In this document: in pieces, positions 1 through 13,794 of the stretch | Position numbering within the stretch: the first letter of the stretch is position 1 | Layout of the letters: each line of letters begins with the position of its first letter | Source of the DNA: Eledone cirrhosa | Taxonomy: Eukaryota | DNA: 64,000 nucleotides | Direction: 5' to 3' | Assembly (NCBI GenBank): GCA_964016885.1 | Contig: OZ024756.1 | Coordinates: forward strand, 18,848,001-18,912,000 | Made by a program: the position numbers and the translations under genes | Notes under the pieces: generated by a model | What the model saw: the letters and a program-made list of their open reading frames with translations, nothing else | What the model was told of the DNA's origin: nothing | The model's database searches: none

Positions 1-36
1 CTGTTTTGTTTTTTTTTCATTAAAAATCTCATTTTC

Positions 37-37
37 T

Positions 38-83
<46 letters not shown>

Positions 84-492
84 AGAGTGTACATACAGAT
101 ATATATGTGTACCTGCGTAAGTATATGTGTGTGCTTATCTTTGTACGTACATTTGAGGGCGCGTGTGTGTGTGTGCGTAAGTAGGAGCGTGTTTACATTT
201 GAGAGTGTGCGTGTGTACGAGTGTCTATATGTATGCGCTGTACAATTGAGAGTTATGTGTGTGTGCGTGTGTATACATTTGCGAAGATATGGGTGTGCGT
301 GTGTGCGTGGGTGTATATGTATTTGAGAGTGTATATGTGTGTAATTAGAATGAGCAGGTGTGCTCAGTATCTGTAACACCTTATTTTAACTTCACTCAGG
401 AATATTTGCTTCATTAGACTGCAGGTGCGCGCGACTATATTATATACATACATGCAATCGGGTGTATATATGCGTGTGCATGTCTGGAAAGG

Positions 493-559
<67 letters not shown>

Positions 560-561
560 TG

Positions 562-595
<34 letters not shown>

Positions 596-1177
596 CATGT
601 ATATATATATATACATATATGTATATGTATGTATATATATATATGTATATATATATGTATATATATGTATATATATATATGTACACATATATATCTGTAT
701 GTATATATATATGTATATATATATATATGTACACATATATATCTGTATTTAGGTGTATATATATATATATGTATGTGTATGTATGTGTATATATTTGTAT
801 GTATGTATGTATGCATATATATATGTATGTATGTGTCTGTGTATATATATATATGTATGTATGTGTCTGTGTATATATATACATGTATGTATGTATGGTC
901 TGTGTATATATATGTATGTATGTATGTATGTGTCTGTGTATATATATACATGTATGTATGTATGTGTCTGTGTATATATATACATATATGTATGTATGGT
1001 CTGTGTATATATATGTATGTATGTATGTGAATATGAATACATGTACACAAACACATATACATACATTACCTTAAATGTTAAGTGTAAAATCGTGTGTTTG
1101 TATTTTTGCATTCTCTTCCTGATTATTTCTATTCAGGAGATTATACAGTGGTGTGTGTATCTGCTTATATGTATATA

Positions 1178-1223
<46 letters not shown>

Positions 1224-1280
1224 GTATATAATGTTGCCCCAGCATAGTCGCAGTCCATGGGCTGGAACAGGTAAAGGAGC

Positions 1281-1313
<33 letters not shown>

Positions 1314-1407
1314 TATATGCATATTTACACGGTCATATACATGTGTATACACGATCATATATATATATATATATATACACACACGATCATATACATATAT
1401 AAACACG

Positions 1408-1468
<61 letters not shown>

Positions 1469-1729
1469 TATACATACACGATCATATATATATATGTATA
1501 CACACGATCATATATATATATATATAATATATATATACATACACGATCATATATATATATGTATACACACGATCATATATATATATATATATATACACGA
1601 TCATATATATATATGTATACACACGATCTTATATATATATATATACACGATCATATATATATATATACACACGATCATATATATATATATATATACATAC
1701 ACGATCATATATATATATATATACACACG

Positions 1730-1792
<63 letters not shown>

Positions 1793-1835
1793 GATTATAT
1801 ATATATATTTATTTATATATACACGATCATATATA
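37..1835. repeat. Compound (TG)n/(TA)n/(TATG)n microsatellite field, with an ACACGATC(AT)n higher-order repeat at about 1330-1835
   Basis: Direct reading; explains all YI/CV-rich ORFs in this interval. Confidence 0.95.
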
Positions 1836-2074
1836 CAGACAGCCCACACACAACCATGAGCTTACACATGCAAAATATGCTGACAATTTTCCAAACTACA
1901 GAAAGCTAGTCTAGTTTCTCGACTTTCACTATTTTCTACATTATTTTCATCTTTTTCTTCTATCTCGTTTTATTATTTTTTGTTCTTTTTCTGCGGCTGG
2001 CTTCCTTGAAGCTGAATTATATCAGGCTAAACGAGGAATCATTTCAAGCTAGAAACCCTCCAACTATCTTTTTT

Positions 2075-4440
2075 GTGGTTTACTAAGCCTCTAGATCTAT
2101 CTAAATCGTGGTTTTATGTTGTTGGTTTACTAAGCTTCTAGATCTATCTTAATCGTGGTTTTATGTTGTTGGTTTACTAAGCTTCTAGATCTATCTTAAT
2201 CGTGGTCGCCTGCTGTTAACTTACTAAGCTTCCCAAACTATCTTGTTCGTGGTCGTCTGCTGTTGGTTTACTAACCTTCTAGATCTATCTAAATCGTGGT
2301 CATCTGTTGTTGGTTTAATAAGCTTCTAGATCTATCTAAATCGTGGTCGTCTGCTGTTGGTTTACTGACCTTCTAGATCTATCTAAATCGTGGTCGTCTG
2401 TTGTTGGCTTAATAAGCTTCTAGATCTATCTAAATCGTGGTCGTCTGCTGTTGGTTTACTAACCTTCTAGATCTATCTAAATCGTGGTCGTCTGTTGTTG
2501 GCTTAATAAGCTTCTAGATCTATCTAAAGCGTGGTCGTCTGCTGTTGGTTTACTGACCTTCTAGATCTATCTAAATCGTGGTCGTCTGTTGTTGGCTTAA
2601 TAAGCTTCTAGATCTATCTAAATCGTGGTCGTCTGCTGTTGGTTTACTAACCTTCTAGATCTATCTAAATCGTGGTCGTCTGTTGTTGGCTTAATAAGCT
2701 TCTAGATCTATCTAAATCGTGGTCGTCTGTTGTTGGTTTACTGACCTTCTAGATCTATCTAAAGCGTGGTCGTCTGCTGTTGGTTTACTGACTTTCTAGA
2801 TCTATCTAAATCGTGGTCGTCTGTTGTTGGCTTAATAAGCTTCTAGATCTATCTAAATCGTGGTCGCCTGATGTTGGTTTACTGACCTTCTAGATCTATC
2901 TAAATCGTGGTCGTCTGTTGTTGGCTTAATAATCTTCTAGATCTATCTAAATCGTGGTCGTCTGTTGTTGGTTTACTGACCTTCTGGATCTATCTAAATC
3001 GTGGTCGTCTGTTGTTGGTTTACTGACCTTCTAGATCTATCTAAATCGTGGTCGTCTGCTGTTGGTTTACTAACCTTCTAGATCTATCTAAATCGTGGTC
3101 GTCTGTTGTTGGCTTAATAAGCTTCTAGATCTATCTAAAGCGTGGTCGTCTGCTGTTGGTTTACTGACCTTCTAGATCTATCTAAATCGTGGTCGTCTGT
3201 TGTTGGCTTAATAAGCTTCTAGATCTATCTAAAGCGTGGTCGTCTGCTGTTGGTTTACTGACCTTCTAGATCTATCTAAATCGTGGTCGTCTGCTGTTGG
3301 TTTACTGACATTCTAGATCTATCTAAATCGTGGTCGTCTGCTGTTGGTTTAATGACCTTCTAGATCTATCTAAATCGTGGTCGTCTGCTGTTGGTTTACT
3401 GACCTTCTAGATCTATCTAAATCGTGGTCGTCTGTTGTTGGCTTAATAATCTTCTAGATCTATCTAAATCGTGGTCGTCTGTTGTTGGCTTAATAATCTT
3501 CTAGATCTATCTAAATCGTGGTCGTCTGTTGTTGGTTTACTGACCTTCTAGATCTATTTAAATCGAGGTCGTCTGCTCTTGGTTTACTAACCTTCTAGAT
3601 CTATCTAAATCGAGGTCGTCTGTTGTTGGTTTACTGACCTTCTAGATCTATCTAAATCGAGGTCGTCTGCTCTTGGTTTACTAACCTTCTAGATCTATCT
3701 AAATCGAGGTCGTCTGTTGTTGGTTTACTGACCTTCTAGATCTATCTAAATCGTGGTCGTCTGTTGTTGGTTTACTGACCTTCTAGATCTATCTAAATCG
3801 TGGTCGTCTGTTGTTGGTTTACTGACCTTCTAGATCTATCTAAATCGTGGTCGTCTGCTGTTGGTTTACTAACCTTCTAGATCTATCTAAATCGTGGTCG
3901 TCTGCTGTTGGTTTACTAACCTTCTAGATCTATCTAAATCGTGGTCGTCTGTTGTTGGTTTACTGACCTTCTAGATCTATCTAAATCGTGGTCGTCTGCT
4001 GTTGGTTTACTAACCTTCTAGATCTATCTAAATCGTGGTCGTCTGTTGTTGGCTTAATAAGCTTCTAGATCTATCTAAATCGTGGTCGTCTGTTGTTGGT
4101 TGACTGACCTTCTAGATCTATCTAAATCGTGGTCGTCTGCTGTTGGTTTACTAACCTTCTAGATCTATCTAAATCGTGGTCGTCTGTTGTTGGCTTAATA
4201 AGCTTCTAGATCTATCTAAATCGTGGTCGTCTGTTGTTGGCTTAATAACCTTCTAGATCTATCTTGTTCGTGGTCGTCTGCTGTTGGCTTAATAAGCTTC
4301 TAGAACTATCTTGTTCGTGGTCGTCTGCTGTTGGCTTAATAAGCTTCTAGAACTATCTTGTTCGTGGTCGTCTGCTGTTAACTAAGCTTCTAGATATATC
4401 TTAATCATGGTCTTATGTTGTTGGTTAACTAAGCTTCTTC
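2075..4440. repeat. 47-bp minisatellite array, about 50 copies
   Basis: Unit TCTAGATCTATCTAAATCGTGGTCGTCTG(C/T)TGTTGGTTTACT(G/A)ACCT; period 47 (e.g. 2278 to 2325); two alternating variants (TTTACTGACC versus CTTAATAAGC); degenerate edges. Confidence 0.97.
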
Positions 4441-4464
4441 TTGTGACGCTAAACTCCACCAGTT

Positions 4465-4850
4465 GCAGAGTTGAACCCCTAACCATGCCAGATCTGGAAG
4501 TTGATCCCCTAACCACGCTACACCTGGGAGTTGACCTCACAACCATGCCAGATCTAGGAGTTGAAGCCCTAATCACGCCAGACCTAGCAGTTGAACCCCT
4601 AACCATGCCGGATCTAGGATTTGACCCCTTAACCATGCCGGATCTAGGAGTTGAACCCTAACCATGCCGGATCTAGGAGTTGAACCTCTAACCATGCTAG
4701 ATCCGGGAGTTGACTCCATAACCACGCCAGACTTGGGAGTTCACACCATAACCATGCCGGACCTAGGAGTTGAACCCTTAACCATACCAGACCTAGTTGA
4801 CCCCATAAGCATGACAGATTTGGGAGTTGAACTCCTAACCTTGCCAGATA
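4465..4850. repeat. 30-bp degenerate tandem repeat, about 13 copies
   Basis: Unit GAGTTGAACCCCTAACCATGCCGGATCTAG; gives the 10-aa periodic ORF PLTMPDLGVE. Confidence 0.9.
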
Positions 4851-4904
4851 AGGTTAGCTCTTTAGAATCAATGAAGTTTGTTATAAATGGTATTTGGTAT
4901 TTTT

Positions 4905-5032
4905 GCCAGCTGAGTGGACTGGAATATCGTCAAATAAAGTGTCTTGCTCAAGATTACAATGTGCGTCGCCAGGAATCGAACTCGCAGCGTTAAGATCATG
5001 AGCCGAACACCCTAACCACTAAGGCACGCGCC
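4905..5032 (-). mobile_element. tRNA-derived SINE 5' part with CORE-like segment
   Basis: Minus strand GGCGCGTGCCTTAGTGGTTAGGG (A box) ... GAGTTCGATTCC (B box) ... CTTGAGCAAGACACTTT; homologous to 9415-9675 and 57890-58185. Confidence 0.8.
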
Positions 5033-5047
5033 ATGGGAAGCATATCT

Positions 5048-5365
5048 AAGAGAGAGGGGAAAGAGAGAGGGGAGAAAGAGGGAAAGACAGAGAGAGAGAG
5101 AGGGAAAGAGTGAGAAAGAGAGAGAGAGGGGGGAGAGATGGAGGGGAGAGAGGGGAGAGAGATGGAGGGGAGAGAGGGGGGATACAGAGAGAGGGGTGAG
5201 AGAGAGGTGGAGACAGAGAGAGGGAAACAGAGAGAGAGGGGGACAAAGGGAGATAAAGAGTGAGAGACAGATGGAGAGAGAGAAAGAGGGAGAGAGAGGG
5301 GAAGAGTGAGAGGAGAGTGAGAGGAGAGAGAGAGAGGAGAGAGATAGGGAGAGAAAGAGAGAGAC
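5048..5365. repeat. GA-rich polypurine tract
   Basis: Direct reading. Confidence 0.9.
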
Positions 5366-5410
5366 TGGTAACTATTAACCATTTCCGGTAATAAGGAAAT
5401 ATATATATAT

Positions 5411-5448
<38 letters not shown>

Positions 5449-5718
5449 TTATGGTCCTGTCAGAGTTGAAGGATTTGGCGACTAACGGCGAATACACAAT
5501 ATGAGGATTTAAGCGAGAACCTCAGAAGTTTAACAGGTACACATATCTAGAAACATAGTAAGACTCTTGAGTAAAGTGAGTCAGTGAAGCCAAGCATTTA
5601 TAACAAGCCTCGCTGGTTCTAAAAGGTTACAAACATTTTCTTACTACACGTATTTTCCTCTACTGCTTCGCATTCCGAGCCCTCGGCTCTCTTTGCTGCG
5701 CACTAATCCTTCCATCAA

Positions 5719-6300
5719 CTCCTCCTCCTCCTCCTCCTCCACTTCTACCCACCACCACCACCACCACCACCACTACTTCAACCACCACTTCCATCACCAT
5801 CTTCCACTTCTCCACCACCATTTCTACCACCACCACCACCACTTCCACCATCATCTTCCACTTCCATCTCCACTTCTACCACCACCACCACCACCACTTC
5901 CATCACCATCTTCCACTTCTCCACCACCACCACCATCACTTCCACTTCCATCACCATCTTCCACCACCACTTCTACCACCACCACCACCACTTCCATCAC
6001 CATCTTCCACTTCTCCACCACCACTTCCATCACCATCTTCTACTTCTCCACCACCACTTCTACCACCACCACCACCACTTCCATCACCACCACCACCACC
6101 ACCACCACTTCCATCACCATCTTCCACCACCACCACCACCACTTCCATCACCATCTTCCACTTCCACTACCACCACCATCACCATTTCTTCCACTTCCAC
6201 CACCAATTCCACAACTTGCACCACCACCACCACCACTTCCACACCACCGCCACCACTTCCACACTACCACCACCACTTTCCCCACCATCCCACTTCCAAA
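5719..6300. repeat. (CAC)n/(CACTTCCAT)n low-complexity tract
   Basis: Direct reading; source of the His/Pro/Thr-rich ORF. Confidence 0.9.
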
Positions 6301-6512
6301 TTAACCCTACCATTTCCCCATTAATTCCTTCACTGCCTCCCTCCCACCACTATGACGCTAAGTCAATACAAACAAACACTACTATTACTTACTAGAAATA
6401 TATCAAGTTCGTATAAACAACAACAAGAAATATATAAATAATTAAAGTAAGTTAATTTACCGTGAGGAGTGAAAAAAAAATCCACCATTTTCATTTATTA
6501 TTATTATTTATT

Positions 6513-6815
6513 AAGGCGGTGGATTGGCAGTATCGGTAGAGGGTCAGACGACATGCTTTGCAGCAAAGAGTTACTTCTCTTGCCATTCTGAGTTCAAATC
6601 CCGCCGAGGTTAACTTTGCCTTTCATCCTTACGGGGTCGATAAAATAAAGTACCAGTAATGCACTGGGTAATTGCTGGCCTTATGCCAAAAGTAGAAACA
6701 ATTATTTGGTACATCGAGGTTAATTTTGCCTCTCATCCTTACGGGGTCGATAAAATAAAGTACCAGTAATACACTGGGATAATTGCTGGCTTTGTGTCAA
6801 AAGTAGAAACAATTA
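6513..6815 (+). mobile_element. Dominant tRNA-like SINE (SINE-A), full copy plus duplicated 3' half
   Basis: AAGGCGGTGGATTGGCAGTATCGGTAG ... GAGTTCAAATCCCGCCGAGG ... CATCCTTACGGGGTCGATAAAATAAAGTACCAG ... GTAGAAACAATTA; the same sequence recurs >20 times in the window. Confidence 0.9.
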
Positions 6816-6827
6816 TTATTTATTATT

Positions 6828-7205
6828 TTGAAGAGGAAAATCAGGGTGGCGAGGGAAGTGCTGTCTTCCAACAAGTTTGTTGAAAGGTGGGTGAGAGTGG
6901 CGAGCATGGTCCGTGTGAATGGGCCTGCCTTCAGCATACGCCTGTAGATTGGAATAGAAAAACTAGGTGAGGGCACTTTACCCTAGCGGACAGGGTGACC
7001 GTGGCTTTTGTGAGATTTCTAAACGAGTGACCTTTAGAGTCTCCTCACCTTTGGGGCAGTTGTTATGTTTGTTTTAAATGTTTATTTTCTTAGTCTCTTT
7101 TATAAATTTTATTTTACACAAAGAAAAACCCACACTGTATCGTCCTGTACCGTCTTTAATGTTTCCTTAATGTGAGCCCTGTGTGGCTAATAAAGAAATC
7201 ATTAT
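6828..7205 (+). mobile_element. 3' end of a Tx1/L1-like LINE (ORF2 C-terminus plus 3' UTR)
   Basis: 6828-6947 reads LKRKIRVAREVLSSNKFVERWVRVASMVRVNGPAFSIRL*, similar to Tx1-clade ORF2 ends; T-rich UTR ending in AATAAA near 7190. Confidence 0.6.
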
Positions 7206-7729
7206 TATCTTTATTTTTTCATCTACGAACTTTTATAGATTAACCTTTGATGAATAACTAAGCTAGCTTTTGTTGATAGCAATATTCAGAATTGAGTCTT
7301 TGTTAAGAAACTTTTTTTTTTTAAATCTATGTTAGTTGTGGGTGTTTTGACTGGCATCAAAGATAGACGTTAAAATATTTTCAAATTAACTATTTGAACT
7401 TTGGAAATGTTTGAATGCAATAAATCCAGATTTATACTTCGATGCAATACTACATGGGACAATAGATTAAAAGTCAAAATGTCTGAGAGCTGAGATAAGT
7501 GGTTCATAAGATTAAAATTGTTCGGAATGTTAACCTCGTGTTTAATCGTAGATTATTCTTTAATATTTACGTCTATATTACGTTTCGGTTGCCGTCTGTC
7601 ATCATTTTCTTAGGTGTGTATATATATTGTAGTACCTTATTGGATTTAGAAATAAAGCTTCCTAGTTCAAATTTATTGCGATATCATGTATACACACCCA
7701 GGAAATGAATTTCAAAGAAACAAAGTTCA

Positions 7730-8375
7730 GATATCAGAGTCACTCCAGGTAGAGCCGCTACTTCTCTGAATTGAGAGATCACAGTTCCGATACTATGGGC
7801 ATGTGGTTAGAATGTCTCAGGAAAGAATCACTGGACAGATCTGTAGCTATGAGATCAGAGAGTCACTCCAGGTAGAGCCGCTACTTCTCCGAATTGAGAG
7901 ATCACAGCTCCGATACTATGGGTATGTGGTTAGAATGTCTCGGGAACGAATCATTGGAGTCACTCCTGGTAGAGCCGCTACTTCTCCAAATTGAAAGATC
8001 ACAGCTCCGATACTATGGGTATGTGGTTAGAATGTCTCGGGAACGAATCGCTGGAGTCACTCCAGGTAGAGCCGCTACTTCTCCGAATTGAGAGATCACA
8101 GCTCCGATACTATGGGTATGTGGTTAGAATGTCTCAGGAAAGAATCGCTGGACAGATTTTACAGGTAAAACCAACAAGCAGGAGACCCAAGGGTAGACCT
8201 CGAGCAAGATGGTTGGATAACATCCGTGAGCTTGGCTAGTCTCGCTTGGGGGATCCAGTCGAATCAGTTGTAGACAGTTGCTTCTCACAGGACCCACTGG
8301 AAGGAGTGTTTGAGAACTCTTCCCCCACGACCCTCTCGGGAATAATTGGGCGAAGAAGAATACTAAACGAGAGAA
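7730..8375 (+). mobile_element. RTE-clade LINE 3' fragment with a segment of about 97 bp repeated four times
   Basis: EIRESLQVEPLLLRIERSQLRYYGYVVRMSQERIAGQILQVKPTSRRPKGRPRARWLDNI matches the RTE C-terminal LRW.GHV.RM...RP.GRP..RW motif; frameshifted repeats. Confidence 0.88.
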
Positions 8376-8433
8376 AAAACTTTCCTCGGTAAATGAAGCT
8401 ATATATAAAATCTGACAAAACAGACTTGTGGTG

Positions 8434-8615
8434 TTATGAAATCTAGATCACTACGTCACATTTCTGTGAAATCTAGATCACTACGTCACATTTCTGTGAA
8501 ATCTAGTTTACTACGTCACGTTTCTGTGAAATTTAGTTTACTACGTCACGTTTCAATGATCTCTAGCTCATTACATCACATTCCCATGAATTCTAAATCA
8601 TTACGTCATATTTCT
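8434..8615. repeat. 30-bp tandem repeat, about 6 copies
   Basis: Unit GTGAAATCTAGATCACTACGTCACATTTCT, decaying rightwards. Confidence 0.88.
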
Positions 8616-9414
8616 TTGCCAGAATCACAAACTACGCGGAAGCCCATCAGAAAAAAACAACAGTAAAATGACCTTCCTGTTCAAGAGGTGACCAGATCCA
8701 TTTTACACAATGTGCATTCGCAGGCGACGCAATTAATTAAACAATAAATATCTAAGCAGATCTTTGTTGAGTCCGTCCACTTATGGCCAGAAATCGTTGG
8801 GACAGAAATTAAGCAAAATAATACATCCCAACTTGGAATCGAACCTGCGTCGTCTGTCATATTCGAGAATTGCATTGATGTTAACCGTTCTTCTACGGCG
8901 TCTGTACTTTTGTCCTGTTACATGATGAACGATATTATATGATACAGTGATTAGTATGGTTTGCTGTATGTTGTATGGTATATGCCGAATGGTATGCTGT
9001 ATGATATGGTATAGCGTCTACTATATGTTGTATGGTATATGCCGAATGGTGTGCTGTATGATATAGTATAGTGTCTACTATACGTTGTATGGTATATGCC
9101 GAATGGTATGCTGTATGATATGGTATAATGTCTACTATATGTTGTATGGTATATGCCGAATGGTGTGCTGAATGATATGGTATATTGTCTACTATATGTC
9201 GTATGGCATATGCCGAATGGTATGCTGTATGATATGGTATAGTGTCTACTATATGCTGTATGGTATATGCCGAATGGTATGCTGTATGATATGGTATAGT
9301 GTCTACTATATGTCGTATGGTATATGCCGAATGGTATGCTGTATGGTATGGTATAGTGTCTACTACATGTTGTATGGTATATGCCGAATGGTGTGCTGAA
9401 TGCTGTATCTAAAA

Positions 9415-9675
9415 GTCTGTCGCAGGAGCCAGGATGCTCATCAGGCCGGTACTTATCCTGGTTTCCATGGCGTGAAGTGACTGAGTGCACAAGACTGTCC
9501 CCCTGGACAGGACGCCAGTCATTGCTGGTACTGATTTTCAGCTGAGTATACTGGAGCAACGTGAAATGAAGTGTTTCGCTCAAGAATACAACACACAACC
9601 CAGTCCAGGAATCAAACCCACGACATTTTGATCGTAAGACCAACAACACCCTTACCACTAGGCCTCGCACTTCCA
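9415..9675 (-). mobile_element. tRNA-derived CORE-like SINE (SINE-B)
   Basis: Minus strand GGCCTAGTGGTAAGG ... GGTTTGATTCCTGG ... CTTGAGCGAAACACTT ... CTCAGCTGAAAAT ... GACTGGCGTCCTGTCCAGGGG; homologous to 57890-58185. Confidence 0.85.
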
Positions 9676-10019
9676 CTATATGCTGTATGCTGTATGGTAT
9701 GTGGTATGTGGTATGATGTATACTATATGATGTATATCATATACTTTATGCTGTATATTATACTATATGCTTTATGGCATATGGTATGCTGTATGCTGTG
9801 TGGTATGAAATATGCTGTATGCTGTGTGGTATGAAATATATTATATGCTGTATATTATACGCTGTGTGTAGTATACTGTATATTATATACTGTATAGTAT
9901 ATTATATGATGTATGCTGTATACTGTATGCTGTATATTATACGCTGTATGCAGTATACTATATGCTCTATGGTATGTGGTATGCTGTCTATTATATGATG
10001 TATAGTATATCATATGCTG

Positions 10020-10222
10020 TTATCGGTAGAGGGTCGGACACCATGCTTTGCGGCATAGAGTTACGTCCCTTTATGATCTGAGTTCAAATCCCGCCGAGGT
10101 TAACATTGCCTTACATCTTTACGGGATCGATGAAATAAAATACCAGTCACGCACTGGGGTCGATTTAATCGACTTTCCCCACCCCCAAAATTTCTGACCT
10201 TGTGCCTATATAAGAAACCATA
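10020..10222 (+). mobile_element. SINE-A copy (longer 3' variant)
   Basis: Homology to 6513-6703 with an extra GGGGTCGATTTAATCGAC segment. Confidence 0.85.
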
Positions 10223-11660
10223 ATATGATGTATGATATACTGTATGCTGTATATTATATGATGTATATTAAATGCTGTATAGTATGTGGTATGCTGTATA
10301 TTAAATGCTGTATGGTATGCTATGTGCTCTATGGTATATGGAATAATATATGCTGTATGATATGTGGTATGCTGTATGGTAGATGGTATGCTGTATGCTC
10401 TATGGTATATGGAATAATATATGCTGTATGATATGTGGTATGCTGTATGGTAGATGGTATACTGTATGCTCTATGGTATATGGAATAATATATGCTGTAT
10501 GATATGTGGTATACTGTATGCTCCTTGGTATATGGAATAATATATGCTGTATGGTATGTGGAATAATATATGCTGTATGATATGTGGTATGCTGTATGCT
10601 CTATGGTATATGGAATAATATATGCTGTATGGTATGTGGTATGCTCTATGGTATATGGAATAATATATGATGTATGGTATGTGGTATGCTGTATTGTAGA
10701 TGGTATGCTGTATGCTCTATGGTATATGGAATAATATATGCTGTATGATAGATGGTATGCTGTATGGTAGATGGTATGATGTATGCTCTATGGTATATGG
10801 AATAATATATGCTGTATGATATGTGGTATGCTGTATGGTAGATGGTATGCTGTATGCTCTATGGTATATGGAATAATATATGCTGTATGATATGTGGTAT
10901 GCTGTATGGTAGATGGTATGCTGTATGCTCTATGGTATATGGAATAATATATGCTGTATGGTATGTGGTATGCTGTATGCTCTATGGTATATGGAATAAT
11001 ATATGCTGTAGGATATGTGGTATGCTGTATGGTAGATGGTATACGGTATGCTCTATGGTATATGGAATAATATATGCTGTATGATATGTGGTATGCTGTA
11101 TGGTAGATGGTATACGGTATGCTCTATGGTATATGGAATAATATATGCTGTATGGTATGTGGTATGCTGTATTGTAGATGGTATGCTGTATGCTCTATGC
11201 TCTATGGTATATGGAATAATATATGCTGTATGGTATGTGGTATGCTGTATGGTAGATGGTATATGGAATAATATATGCTGTATGGTATGTGGTATGCTGT
11301 ATGCTCTATGGTATATGGAATAATATATGCTGTATGATATATGGTATGCTGTATGCTCTATGGTATATGGAATAATATATGCTGTATGGTAGATGGTATT
11401 TCTAGCCACAACATCTACAACTTCAGTCCCGCAGTGGAGCTACTGACTGACATCTGTGATGCTTTTGGCGATTATGGTTGGAATGTTTTCAACGTGCCAC
11501 ACTGTCTGAGCTGCTTAACGTGACACAGCGTCATGTCTTCAGCTGGCACTCAAGTGACACTCACACAGTGGAGTGTGGGCTTGATTGATACATGTATTAC
11601 TATTACATGTTCCAGCCGACAGTCTGGGGCCATGCTGGGGCACCTATATATATATATATA

Positions 11661-11835
11661 TGAAAAGATTCAGAACCCCGACGGCTGCTTTCCGGCCGTT
11701 TCAACAGCTAAATCAGAACAAACTGTCGAAACGGCCGGAGCTCAGCCGTCGGGGCCCTGAATCTTTTCATATTACCCACTCTACTACCCCAAGTACCGAG
11801 TACTCTGGTGGCTTACTGTTTAGCTGGTTTTTATG
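11661..11835 (+). mobile_element. Fold-back element family A, diverged copy
   Basis: Imperfect hairpin 11661-11769 followed by ATTACCCACTCTACTACCC..AAGTACCGAGTACTC tail; homologous to 13050-13267 in the opposite orientation. Confidence 0.75.
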
Positions 11836-11842
11836 TATACAT

Positions 11843-12097
11843 CGCGCATAGCTTGTTGGTTAGAGCGTCAAGGCTAACAATCCTAAGGTTGTGAGTTCGA
11901 TTCTCGGACGGGCTCAACTGTAAAAATGAGTTGCGACGTCACTGGTGCCAAGCTATATCGGCCATTGTCTTCCCCTTGGACAACATCGGTGGCGTGGAGA
12001 GGGGGAGACTGGTATACCTGGGCGACTGCTGGTCTTCCACAAACAAACCTTGCCCAGACTTGTGCCTCGGAAGGGAACTTTCTAGGTAAAAATCCCT
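11843..12097 (+). mobile_element. tRNA-derived SINE with a distinct 3' body (SINE-C)
   Basis: TAGCTTGTTGGTTAGAGCG (A box) and GAGTTCGATTCTC (B box), then CTCAACTGTAAAAATGAG and a body unrelated to SINE-A or SINE-B. Confidence 0.7.
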
Positions 12098-12319
12098 AGT
12101 GAAGGGAGGGGTGAGTGGAGGGAAGACAGTGAGTGAGAGAAGGCAGTGAATGAGTTATGGGAGGGGGGTGGAAGAGGAGGATGAGTGGAGTTAAGTGTTT
12201 AATGTGTATAGAGAGATAATTGAGGGAGATGAAGCTAACTAGAAGGAGGATGGTGAGGAAGTGAGGAAGGAGAGAAAGAAGAAGTTAAGGGCTTCAAATG
12301 ATGGAAGGGTATTTAGGTG

Positions 12320-12980
12320 GCGTGTGTCTCTGTGTGTGTATATGTGTGTCTGTGTGCTTCAGTGTATGTATGTGTGTGTCTGTGTGTATCTGAGTGCTTC
12401 TCTGTGTATCTGTGTGCTTCAGTGTGTGTATCAGTGTGTTGTGTATGTGTGTGTGTGTGTGTGTCTGCCTGTGTTTGTTTTGTGTATGTGTTAGTGTATA
12501 CGTGTGTATGTGTGTGTGTGTGTGTGTACCAGTGTGTCACTGTGTGTGTGTGTGTGTGTGTGTACCAGTGTGTGCGTGTGTCAGTGTGTATACGTGCTTC
12601 AGTGTGTGTGTCAGTGTATGCGTGTGTCAGTGTGTGTGTGTCAGTGTCACTGTGTGTGTGTCAGTGTGTGTGTATATGTGTATGTCAGTGTTAACAAGTT
12701 TAAAGGGATTTAAGTGTGAAAAGTAGTAATAAAGAGAAATGTGTGTGTGTATGTGTGTATGTTATGTGTATGTATGTGTGTGAGCTATGTGTATGTATGT
12801 GTGTGTATGTGTGTGTGTGTATGTGTGTGTGTGTATGCTATGTGTATGTATGTGTGTATGGTATGTGTATGTATGTGTGTATGTATATGTGTGTGTATGT
12901 GTGTGTGTGTATGCTATGTGTATGTATGTGTGTATGGTATGTGTATGTATGCGTGTATGTATGTGTGTGTGTGTGTGTGT
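12320..12980. repeat. (TG)n/(TGTA)n degenerate microsatellite
   Basis: Direct reading. Confidence 0.9.
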
Positions 12981-13049
12981 TTGCATCTGAGTCTGCGAGA
13001 AAACTAGACATACATAAATCTCAACAGGTATCTCGACTATATATATATA

Positions 13050-13267
13050 TAACGAAGGAAATGTGGTAAGGAACCAGGTGGACCATAACGCACCAAAGTA
13101 CTCAATACTTAGGGTAGTAGAGTGGGTAATAGGAACCAGTAAGACCCCGACGGCTGAGCTCAAGCCGTTTCGACGGCTAATTCTGGACTAATTATGTCCA
13201 GAATTATGTCCAGAATTAGCCGTCGAAACGGCTTGAGCTCAGCCGTCGGGGTCTTACTGGTTCCTAT
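13050..13267 (-). mobile_element. Fold-back element family A (putative Penelope-like 3' end)
   Basis: 80-bp unique tail plus inverted repeat 13129-13267 with arms of about 60 bp; (TA)n on both sides; six copies in the window. Confidence 0.8.
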
Positions 13268-13272
13268 ATATA

Positions 13273-13377
<105 letters not shown>

Positions 13378-13460
13378 TACTCAGCAATTGATTAAAAAAT
13401 AGTTGGGGCTATGATCAAGGTATACATGTGTGAGTGTGTGTGTGAGTGTGTGTGTGAGTG

Positions 13461-13509
<49 letters not shown>

Positions 13510-13794
13510 GATAAACAGAAATAATAAAAATAAAGTACATGAGTGAAAAGTACATAGACGTTCACATGAATACACATACACACACACATACATATATACA
13601 CACACACATACATACATACATACACACATGTATGTATGTAGGTATTGATGTATGTATATATAGATAGTGAGTTATGTATGTATGTGTATTTATGTATGTA
13701 TGTGTATTTATGTATGTATGTATGTACGTACGTATGTAGTGAGGTAAGTATTTATGTATATATGTAAGTATGTAGAAAGGTAAGTTTGTAGGTA

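Larger units (their letters stand above)
8953..11400. repeat. TATG(C/G)-based minisatellite field (57-bp unit at 8955-9410; GGAATAATATATGCTGTATG-type units at 10320-11400) interrupted by two SINEs
   Basis: 19-aa periodicity in ORF 8951-9676 equals 57 bp; direct reading. Confidence 0.9.

Noticed and set aside
29-1909. Long YI/CV/HT-rich ORFs here and throughout the window
   Set aside because: Translations of dinucleotide and tetranucleotide microsatellites that lack stop codons
2075-4440. CRISPR-like regular array
   Set aside because: Head-to-tail repeats with no unique spacers, no cas genes, eukaryotic context
5452-5570. Hammerhead at GAAACATAGTA (also GAAACGTA near 7580 minus and GAAACAATTGTT near 47139)
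   Set aside because: The 3' half looks right but no acceptable CUGANGA core was found; at most decayed relics
5693-6304. His/Pro/Thr-rich ORF (also the Pro-rich ORF at 18416-18961)
   Set aside because: Trinucleotide low complexity with frame-switching composition and no splice or domain support
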